A stretch of DNA of 33,970 bases, taken from Gammaproteobacteria bacterium (lineage in GTDB: Bacteria > Pseudomonadota > Gammaproteobacteria > Ga0077536). A program made the position numbers and the translations under genes. Below are positions 26,046 to 33,970 of this stretch, one piece after another (positions within the stretch are counted from its first letter, which is position 1; each line of letters begins with the position of its first letter). The stretch covers positions 1-33,970 of the forward strand of contig DPMX01000016.1 in assembly GCA_003540955.1 (NCBI GenBank), given 5' to 3'. A model generated the notes under the pieces. That model saw only the letters and a program-made list of their open reading frames with translations, did no database searches and was not told the DNA's origin.

Positions 26046-26870
26046 ATGATTTACGAAACACCTAAATTCCGGCACTTGGCCGATAGCTACGTTGGAGTCG
26101 AGTTTGGTGACGATGCCGATCTGCGCAACAACTTTCGCGTAATTGCTCTAGCCCAGACGTTTGCGGCGCTTAAAGATGATTGGATACTAGAAGTTATCCC
26201 GACATTGCGTGAATTCGGTATTGTCTACGATCGTCGCCGTACGACTCCATTCAAAGTCAAAGCAACCATCGAAGAAATTCTGCCTGACATTATCACAGCA
26301 GACGAAGTGACTTCTCGCTTGTTTAAGTTGCCGGTATGGTATTGTGATCCATGGACGGAAGCGATCAACAAGCGTGCAGGCCTAAAACTAAGTGCCGAAA
26401 TTATCGCCGAGACCAATCAATGTTCGGTCGACGACGTAATCAAACGCCATACCGGCACCGACCATTGGGTATCGTGCGTTGGGTGGGCTCCCGGTTGTTA
26501 CTTCGCCTACCCTCTCGACCGCGCACTCGGCGTCAGCGCACCCAAGCTCGATACCGCGAGACCTTACACTCCAGAACGGACGCTCACCCTTGGCGGTTTG
26601 TGCACCGCGGCGCTACCTTTCCCGGGGCCGTCCGGTTACCAAATGCTCGGTCGCATCGCACCACCGATTTATCGTACCCAAGGCGATATCGCTGAATTTC
26701 CCGAGCACGGGGTACTTTTCACGGCCGGGGACCGTCACCGTTACGTTCCGGTCGATGCTCTAGGCTACGAGGCAGTACGAGAGCAGATAGCCAACGGTAC
26801 CTACGAATACGATGTCACAGTCGAACAATTCTCGTTCCAAGAATTAGTTGCCGGAGGCTATATAGATTAA
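26046..26870 (+). CDS. KipI/PxpB-type protein (allophanate hydrolase subunit 1 / 5-oxoprolinase subunit B family), divergent
   Basis: It starts 4 nt after the preceding stop. The architecture is collinear with YbgJ/PxpB: LPVWYCDPW, VGWAPGCYFAYPL and the PFPGPSGYQMLG region. Several usual consensus residues are substituted, and the protein is longer (274 aa). Confidence 0.6.
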   Translation: MIYETPKFRHLADSYVGVEFGDDADLRNNFRVIALAQTFAALKDDWILEVIPTLREFGIVYDRRRTTPFKVKATIEEILPDIITADEVTSRLFKLPVWYCDPWTEAINKRAGLKLSAEIIAETNQCSVDDVIKRHTGTDHWVSCVGWAPGCYFAYPLDRALGVSAPKLDTARPYTPERTLTLGGLCTAALPFPGPSGYQMLGRIAPPIYRTQGDIAEFPEHGVLFTAGDRHRYVPVDALGYEAVREQIANGTYEYDVTVEQFSFQELVAGGYID

Positions 26871-26959
26871 AGTCACATCACGGAGTGGGTGGATACCAAC
26901 GATTCGTTCTTCAACTATTGGAAACCTTAGAACCGCCGGAATAACGTCTCTCGAAGTTA

Positions 26960-27253
26960 TCACACCCCAAAGTAGTCAAAAAACCGAAATGTAGGCTCAC
27001 CGTCCAACATCGCAACAAGCTCATCGACAACGCCAGTTTCCGTCCGCCAAGCTAGATACTTTTCATATTTAAGGCGAGTGTCCCACTGTTCAATAACAAC
27101 GAGTGCGAGAGGGTCATCCTGATTTTGGACAATATATAAATTGTTGCAGCCGTCGTAGGCTCGCGTTTCGGGCAAGGTTCTACGCATCCAGCTACGGAAA
27201 TCTTCAAGCAACGCTTCCTTCACACGAATATCAAGTATCACCTGGCAGGTCAT
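26960..27253 (-). CDS. ABM-domain protein (YgiN-like putative monooxygenase)
   Basis: The 97-aa ORF reads VILDIRVKEALLEDFRSWMRRTLPETRAYDGCNNLYIVQNQDDPLALVVIEQWDTRLKYEKYLAWR, a typical ABM pattern. AGGAG lies 8 nt upstream, and the ORF begins 29 nt downstream of the preceding LLM gene. Confidence 0.65.
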   Translation of the reverse strand: MTCQVILDIRVKEALLEDFRSWMRRTLPETRAYDGCNNLYIVQNQDDPLALVVIEQWDTRLKYEKYLAWRTETGVVDELVAMLDGEPTFRFFDYFGV

Positions 27254-27282
27254 AGGACAACTCCTATCTTTATGTAGTCCGT

Positions 27283-28143
27283 CTATGTTAGTTCCGGGAT
27301 CATCCTAGCGTAATGATCGAGAAATGGAAGTATCGCCTCTGGCGCATCTGGGTTTTCCATACCAGCTCCGAGTACGACGGTGTCAACCCCCATCTCATAA
27401 TAACTGGCCAACAAAGATTCTTCCGGATTACCCCAGGCGAATATCATGATCGGTACCGATTTTGGATCGCGTCCGGCTTTTTCACAACGACGGTGTAGGT
27501 CCCCAATCATTGACGGGAAATCGTCGATCTTGGCGTCAAGAGGGCACCAACCATCACAGTAATCGACCACATGCTGCAGTCCTCCAGAGGTGATCGTGCC
27601 GATAACTACGGGTGGGTGTGGTTTTTGCACTGGCTTGGGGTAAGATAAAATTGGACCGAAGCTTACATGTTCTCCTGAAAACTCCGCCTGATCCTGAGTC
27701 CACATACATTTCATCGACTCGACCCTTTCACGTAGAATCTTCCACCGTTGCTTAAACGGCGTACCATGGTTTTCGATCTCATCCACATTCCACCCCGCCC
27801 CGATACCGAATATCACGCGGCCCTTCGACAACACATCCAACGTCGCAACTTCCTTCGCAGTAACAATTGGATCGCGTTGGATTACCAGGCAAATGCCGGT
27901 CGCAAGTTTGAGGGTTTTCGTGACTCCGGCCGCAGCCATTAGCGACACAAGCGGATCCATGATATGCGCATACGGCATCGGCGTCGCATTCCCGTCAATA
28001 ATATACGGCGTACTTTGGTCCACTGGGATATGGGTGTGCTCCCCAAGCCACAACGAATCATAGCCGCGGTCTTCAAGCGCAATGGCCAAATCATCCGGCC
28101 GAAATGAATGGATTGTGTTGAAATTAAAAAAACCAAACTTCAT
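27283..28143 (-). CDS. LLM-family oxidoreductase, 286-aa 'EHTHIP' subfamily; paralog of 21214..22074
   Basis: YDSLWLGEHTHIP, MDPLVSLMAAAG, FGIGAGWNVDEIENHG and YPKPVQKPHPPVV are present. It shares a C-terminal LPFLDHYA..IP.L with the paralog. GGGGGG lies upstream. Confidence 0.7.
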   Translation of the reverse strand: MKFGFFNFNTIHSFRPDDLAIALEDRGYDSLWLGEHTHIPVDQSTPYIIDGNATPMPYAHIMDPLVSLMAAAGVTKTLKLATGICLVIQRDPIVTAKEVATLDVLSKGRVIFGIGAGWNVDEIENHGTPFKQRWKILRERVESMKCMWTQDQAEFSGEHVSFGPILSYPKPVQKPHPPVVIGTITSGGLQHVVDYCDGWCPLDAKIDDFPSMIGDLHRRCEKAGRDPKSVPIMIFAWGNPEESLLASYYEMGVDTVVLGAGMENPDAPEAILPFLDHYARMIPELT

Positions 28144-28205
28144 CGTGCCCCCCCATTAAGCGACCTGCCTACCGGGCAGATCTTTCTGCAACCCCGACAA
28201 TTTCT

Positions 28206-29231
28206 CTATCGCTCCCGGAATGCCGGTATCACATGTTTCGCAAATAATTCGTTCGAACGTGAGCTCTTCTTCGGATCAATACCTGCGAAGTGGCTCGAAA
28301 GAATAAAGTCGGTACATTTGAACTCGTTACAGAATGCATCGAGCTTGACAGCAACCTGATCAGGAGTGCCTGCCATGATTGCTCCTTCAGCAAGTACTGA
28401 ATGCCGGATCTCCTCCGGTGATCTAAACGGCAATGGTTGATCATCGCCCTCAACATCAGCTGCCTCACCGAGTACGCGTTCATAGTAGCCAAATACATGG
28501 GCCAAGTGGTCCTGGATCTCATCCCACGCTTGTTCCTCGGAGTCTGCACAATACACCATCCGTAATTGAGCGATTTTGAAGTCTGTTGGCTTTCGGCCTA
28601 ATTCCTCCAGAGTTTTGAGATACAGCGGAGCAGGATCTGGCCCTAACGTTGTCATCAGGTTTGCGCCAAAATGTGCAGCGCGCCGTATAGCTTTGGGGCC
28701 TCGCGCGCCGATCCACAATGGCGGATGTGGTTTTTGTACAGTCTTTGGCGCTAAGTTTAGATTTTTTGTTTGTGTAAAACGACCGCTGAAGGTGACGTCG
28801 TCTTCAGTAAACAGTCGGCGCATGAGTTCGATGCCTTCGACAAACCTAGGCGCGCGTTCACTACGATCTGCACAAAAGGCATTGAACTCGTCATGTGTAT
28901 AGCCCATCCCAACCCCAATATCGAAACGGCCGTCGGAGATAATATCAGCGAGTGCGATGTCCTCAGCCGCGCGGACCGGATGGATGAATGGCAGGAGCAA
29001 TACAAAAGTGCCGATCCGAATTCTATTTGTGACCGCCGCTATAGCCGCGGCCATAGACAACGACGCCGGATTATATGCATCCTCAGTAAAGTGATGCTCG
29101 GTTAACCAAACGTGATCAAAACCTAACGCCTCGGCGTCGACCATTTGGTCCATCATTGCGCGGTAGAACTTAGGCGCCGGTATGTGCCAGCGTAGCGGGT
29201 TGCGAAAATCGTACATGATGCCGAAACGCAT
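28206..29231 (-). CDS. LLM-class flavin- (or deazaflavin-) dependent oxidoreductase, 341 aa
   Basis: MRFGIMYDF..., FDHVWLTEHHF, GRFDIGVGMGY and KPHPPLWIGA are TIM-barrel luciferase-like signatures. A strong AAGGAG RBS is present. Confidence 0.75.
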   Translation of the reverse strand: MRFGIMYDFRNPLRWHIPAPKFYRAMMDQMVDAEALGFDHVWLTEHHFTEDAYNPASLSMAAAIAAVTNRIRIGTFVLLLPFIHPVRAAEDIALADIISDGRFDIGVGMGYTHDEFNAFCADRSERAPRFVEGIELMRRLFTEDDVTFSGRFTQTKNLNLAPKTVQKPHPPLWIGARGPKAIRRAAHFGANLMTTLGPDPAPLYLKTLEELGRKPTDFKIAQLRMVYCADSEEQAWDEIQDHLAHVFGYYERVLGEAADVEGDDQPLPFRSPEEIRHSVLAEGAIMAGTPDQVAVKLDAFCNEFKCTDFILSSHFAGIDPKKSSRSNELFAKHVIPAFRER

Positions 29232-29260
29232 TTTATTATCTCCTTAGTATTTATCCGGAT

Positions 29261-29276
29261 CACTCCTCTCGGAGTG
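29261..29276 (-). promoter_or_regulatory. Small hairpin in the probable 5' leader of the LLM operon
   Basis: CACTCC-tctc-GGAGTG. On the minus-strand mRNA it reads CACTCCGAGAGGAGTG and lies about 20 nt upstream of the AAGGAG RBS. Confidence 0.2.
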
Positions 29277-29403
29277 TCGATTAAGAGCTCTCTGTACCAA
29301 GGGCCACGGCAAAGACTTAGTTGACTACCCCGTTGGCGCAGGCAATGCTCTCCTACGCGAGCGAAACTAGTGAGTACAGAATATAGGCCCCTCGCGGCGC
29401 AAT

Positions 29404-29447
29404 CCAGGACCGATTACATCGGCACTGCCAGTCGGCACCGTGCCTGG
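29404..29447. other. Compact nested-stem element in the 289-bp divergent spacer
   Basis: The outer stem CCAGG (29404-08) / CCTGG (29443-47) encloses two hairpins. These are CCGAT-tac-ATCGG (29410-22) and CAC-TGCC-agtc-GGCA-cc-GTG (29423-42). The pairing was done by eye only. Confidence 0.2.
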
Positions 29448-29523
29448 AACACTTGCATCTAGGCCTCCGACAGTATTGAATTGACGCCAGACGAGTACAA
29501 TACTCTCTTATGGAGACGAATTG

Positions 29524-30381
29524 ATGCAATCCGTTAAGGTATCTGACCTGCCTTATGTCGTGGCTGAGATGAGCTATACCAAACCGCTAGAAGGGGAGGC
29601 GCTGGTACGCGTTTTTCCGCCTTCAAGTGGGCGCAAAACCGAAAACCCTCCACGCGAGCGAATTTCAGTCCCGGTTTATGATTGTCGTCCAATTGTGGAT
29701 CGGCTGGAATTAGACGAAGCAGGTTTTGAAGTACTTAAGCATCCCTCCAGCTTCCATTACTTTTACGACCCGGAAAAAGTAAAAAACACATACTATCCAG
29801 AGTCAGAACAACTTATCAAGGAAGCAACCGGTGCGCTCGAAGTCTTCGTTTTTGATCACAATATTCGTAACCAGCCGAGATCAGACAAGGGAGAAATAGG
29901 TGTGCGCGAACCGGTCGATGGCGCACACAACGACTATACTTTGAGCTCAGGCCCACGCCGTATCCGTGAGATTCTGGAAAATAATAACGCGCTAAAATAT
30001 ATCGACCATCGGGCTGCGTTGATCAACTTATGGCGACCAATCGTTGGGCCTGTGCAGGACTTTCCGCTCGCAGTGTGCCATGCCCGTACGACAAAACTCG
30101 CTGATTTTATTCCAACTAGAATTCAACATTATCTCGAGGACGACCTGGAAACTCCAAGCCTCACGGGGGAGATTTATTCCTTCCAACATAGTGACGCACA
30201 TCGTTGGTTCGCGATTTCAGACATGCAACCGGATGAGGCGATCTTGCTGAAATGTTTTGATCTTGCAGACGATGGGCGCGCAATTTTCACTGGGCACACG
30301 GGCTACAAGAACCCCGCGTGTCCTCCGAATTTCAAACCACGCGAAAGCATCGAACTACGCACAGTAGTGGTATTCCCTTAA
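29524..30381 (+). CDS. CmcJ/NvfI/AsaB-like protein (non-heme Fe/2-oxoglutarate-oxygenase-like family)
   Basis: LDEAGFEVLKHPS, YYPESEQLIKEATGA..VFVFDHNIR, REPVDGAHNDYT, LINLWRPI.GPV.DFPLAVC and HRWF....M.PDEAILLKCFD match the family pattern as I recall it. The ATG at 29524 lies 8 nt after GGAG; the track uses the TTG at 29521. Confidence 0.65.
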   Translation: MQSVKVSDLPYVVAEMSYTKPLEGEALVRVFPPSSGRKTENPPRERISVPVYDCRPIVDRLELDEAGFEVLKHPSSFHYFYDPEKVKNTYYPESEQLIKEATGALEVFVFDHNIRNQPRSDKGEIGVREPVDGAHNDYTLSSGPRRIREILENNNALKYIDHRAALINLWRPIVGPVQDFPLAVCHARTTKLADFIPTRIQHYLEDDLETPSLTGEIYSFQHSDAHRWFAISDMQPDEAILLKCFDLADDGRAIFTGHTGYKNPACPPNFKPRESIELRTVVVFP

Positions 30382-30440
30382 CAGAAAACAAAATTAGCGA
30401 ATGCCGCGCTGATATCTACGTCATGGGGATTGCGGCCGAT

Positions 30441-31961
30441 TTAACCTACCGTCTGAGGTTTTTGATCAGGTAATGGTGGCGAATTCGATGCGGCGGCTGC
30501 AGGTGGTACGCCAAATTCCAACACCCCATCTTCCAGTGGTGCATGCCGAATATCTTTTTTATCCCGCGCGTAATCTTGTGTATTTTGCCATGGAGCATGA
30601 TCTCCCTGGCATGGAAACAAATGCATAGCTCGTTTCATATAACCGGGCGAAAAGGACTCAACCAAAGGTCGCTTGGACATAGCGTTGTCAATTGGGCGCA
30701 AACGTGGCGTGCATTGCCTAACCTTTAACTCGCTCATCCGGTTCACCACCCGACAAACGAACTCGGCAACCAATTCTGATCGTAGTGTCCATGACGCATT
30801 GATATACCCCATGGTATAAACAAAATTCGGCACTCCGGACAACATCATCCCCTTATAGGAGTAGGTCTCGGGGAAACTGACCGTGGTGCCCTCGACAGAG
30901 AATTGCACGCCGCCCAAGACTACGAGATCGAGCCCAGTGGCTGTGATGATGATGTCCGCCACCAACGAATCACCAGACCTGCAATTTATGCCGCTCGCCG
31001 TCAATCGGTCTATTTGGTCAGTCACAACCACCGCTTTCCCAGATTTAATCGACTTGAATAGATCTGCGTCCGGAATGAGGCATAAGCGCTGATCCCACGG
31101 ATTGTAATCAGGGGAAAAATGCTTATCGACATCATATTCGGGGCCAAGATTTTTTCGCACTAATCGTAAAAGTTTTCGCTTCACCGCCGCCGGCCTAATC
31201 CTAGTCTGACGATATAACAAACGTTGGATTTGAATATTCTTCCATCGGATAAAACGATACGCGAGTTTCTCAGGTAGAAATATATTAAGTAGCTTAGCAA
31301 TCCGATCCACTGCCGGCATTGATACCACATAAGTCGGGGACCGTTGTAGCAGCGTAACCTGAGCGGCGGTTTGAGCTATCGCGGGAACAAGCGTCATGGC
31401 AGTTGCCCCACTACCAATAATCACAACTCGTTTACCGCTGCAATCGACTCTCTCTGGCCAAGCCTGAGGATGAATCAGTTCACCTTCGAAATCTGCGATA
31501 CCTTCAAATGCTGGCGTGTAGCCTTTCTCGTAGTTGTAATAGCCACTGCAGGCAAACAAAAAATTGCAGGTGAACTTAACGCTAACACCGTCTCGTGCCC
31601 GCATGACAGTGACTACCCATCGTCCGTCCGCAGTAGACCAGTCGGCCGACTTTACCCAATGACTAAAGTAAATATGTCGATCGATACCACGTTCAAGTGC
31701 AGCCTCTTTTACGTAGCTTAGAATCGACTTACCGTCCGCGATCGCTTTCGGATTGCGCCAGGGCTTTGAGTCATAACCCATGGTGTACATATCGCTATCG
31801 GAGCGAATACCCGGATACCGGAACAGATCCCAGGTACCACCGATAGCATCACGGCCTTCGAAGATCGCGAAACTCTTACCGGGACACGAATCCTGCAACT
31901 GCCGCGCGGCCCCGATACCCGAAAGCCCTGCTCCTATAATCACAACATCGAAATGACTCAT
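30441..31961 (-). CDS. Type I Baeyer-Villiger / flavin-containing monooxygenase, EthA-like
   Basis: VVIIGAGLSGIGAA (FAD GxGxxG), GGTWDLFRYPGIRSDSDMY, the BVMO fingerprint FEGELIHPQAWP and VVIIGSGATA (NADPH site) are present. The N-terminal half is closely collinear with M. tuberculosis EthA as I remember it. Confidence 0.8.
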   Translation of the reverse strand: MSHFDVVIIGAGLSGIGAARQLQDSCPGKSFAIFEGRDAIGGTWDLFRYPGIRSDSDMYTMGYDSKPWRNPKAIADGKSILSYVKEAALERGIDRHIYFSHWVKSADWSTADGRWVVTVMRARDGVSVKFTCNFLFACSGYYNYEKGYTPAFEGIADFEGELIHPQAWPERVDCSGKRVVIIGSGATAMTLVPAIAQTAAQVTLLQRSPTYVVSMPAVDRIAKLLNIFLPEKLAYRFIRWKNIQIQRLLYRQTRIRPAAVKRKLLRLVRKNLGPEYDVDKHFSPDYNPWDQRLCLIPDADLFKSIKSGKAVVVTDQIDRLTASGINCRSGDSLVADIIITATGLDLVVLGGVQFSVEGTTVSFPETYSYKGMMLSGVPNFVYTMGYINASWTLRSELVAEFVCRVVNRMSELKVRQCTPRLRPIDNAMSKRPLVESFSPGYMKRAMHLFPCQGDHAPWQNTQDYARDKKDIRHAPLEDGVLEFGVPPAAAASNSPPLPDQKPQTVG

Positions 31962-31999
31962 AGTCCCTTTATATTTCTTTACAGTGTAAGCTCAGACGG

Positions 32000-32440
32000 T
32001 CAGATATCACTCCACGAAGCTGGAAGATCTTCCATATGTAATGCGTTAAACAGTCGTGCCTGGAATTTCCAACCGTCTGCAGTCAGAATGTACTCATCGT
32101 TGTAATAACCTGCACCGATCCACCCCATGTTGTTTTTCGCACTGCGCAGATCAAGGTAGCAGCGACCGCTAGCACTTTTATCATCATGTAGTTCAATCAC
32201 ATGATTGTGAATGTACGGACGTGGCATAAGCGGTGCACTAGTGACGTAAAATTCTCGAAGGTCGTCGTGCCCGGCAATGACGGATTCCTTACCGGCATAC
32301 AGCGCTGTGAAACTACCACCGTCCGCAAATAGATCGATAATCCCATCTATATCGTCGCGCCAAACGCAGTCGCAATATCGCAATGGCAGATCTCGAATCG
32401 CTTCGCGCGCCAGCAAGCTTGCGAGTTGTTGTTCGATCAT
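32000..32440 (-). CDS. NTF2-like / SnoaL-type (SnoaL_4-like) protein
   Basis: The 146-aa ORF begins LLAREAIRDLPLRYCDCVWRDDIDGIIDLFADGGSF and ends ...YNDEYILTADGWKFQARLFN, the usual SnoaL_4 pattern. AAGGGAG lies 7 nt upstream. It sits between the two BVMO genes, with 53-nt and 38-nt spacers. Confidence 0.6.
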   Translation of the reverse strand: MIEQQLASLLAREAIRDLPLRYCDCVWRDDIDGIIDLFADGGSFTALYAGKESVIAGHDDLREFYVTSAPLMPRPYIHNHVIELHDDKSASGRCYLDLRSAKNNMGWIGAGYYNDEYILTADGWKFQARLFNALHMEDLPASWSDI

Positions 32441-32493
32441 TTGGTAACTCCCTTGTAGTTAGTGTTTTGGTGGTACACCTGACGAATTTCGAC

Positions 32494-33970
<1,477 letters not shown>

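Noticed and set aside
26351-26763. Two same-strand alternate-frame ORFs (114 and 94 aa) inside the PxpB-like gene
   Set aside because: They are extremely Arg/Pro/Ser-rich (for example RRRNQTPYRHRPLGIVRW). The annotated frame carries the family-collinear sequence, and nothing suggests a frameshift.
25031-26870. Reading the PxpC/PxpB-like pair as part of a urea or guanidine carboxylase system
   Set aside because: The window contains no biotin carboxylase or BCCP domain, no DUF1989-type carboxyguanidine deiminase genes and no allophanate hydrolase (amidase).
28229-29105. Several 65-111-aa ORFs on both strands within the 341-aa LLM gene
   Set aside because: They overlap a gene with clear LLM motifs and a strong AAGGAG RBS. 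Their products are low-complexity.
29232-29520. A known riboswitch class (guanidine-I/II/III, glycine, TPP, cobalamin, FMN, ZTP) in the long divergent spacer
   Set aside because: I could not find the conserved core sequences of any of these classes on either strand. I report only the generic stem-loops, at low confidence.

Overview
The window reads as a gene-dense chromosomal segment, probably from a streamlined and possibly marine gammaproteobacterium. The taxon is inferred only from the Rep/TtcA/TrmH gene set, short spacers and overlapping genes. All family calls come from motifs read in the translated ORFs, with no database search. I support 33 protein-coding genes. I found no tRNA, rRNA, CRISPR array, transposase, integrase or phage gene.

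Layout:
- 1-8.1 kb is mostly housekeeping. It holds trmH (partial, absent from the supplied ORF track), a translationally coupled NrtS-like/GFA pair, an ABC ATPase with an atypical 12-TM partner, traB-family, rep and ttcA.
- 8.2-13.5 kb is a glutamine-synthetase-like / PPOX-fold / N-formylglutamate-amidohydrolase-family operon. It faces a VC1184-type class-V aminotransferase and an ABM protein.
- 13.5-19.3 kb holds an alpha/beta hydrolase without a GxSxG elbow and a hyuA-hyuB-cysteine hydrolase operon (ATP-dependent cyclic-amide opening, N-methylhydantoin-like).
- 19.5-21.0 kb is a SAM methyltransferase with an unrecognised ~190-aa N-terminal region, followed by a tightly abutting small hypothetical gene.
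- 21.2-34 kb is an island packed with oxidoreductases and tailoring-type enzymes. It contains three luciferase-like monooxygenases (two paralogous 286-aa 'EHTHIP' proteins), an ABM protein and two Baeyer-Villiger monooxygenases flanking an NTF2-like gene. It also contains a Tat-signal NTF2-like protein, a CmcJ/NvfI-like protein, an SDR lacking YxxxK, a family III CoA-transferase and a PxpC-PxpB pair with no PxpA.

No transcription factor is visible anywhere in the window. The best candidates for undescribed biology are the oxidoreductase island (substrate unknown), the methyltransferase/small-protein module and the GS-like/PPOX/FGase operon. None of these can be assigned a function from sequence alone.
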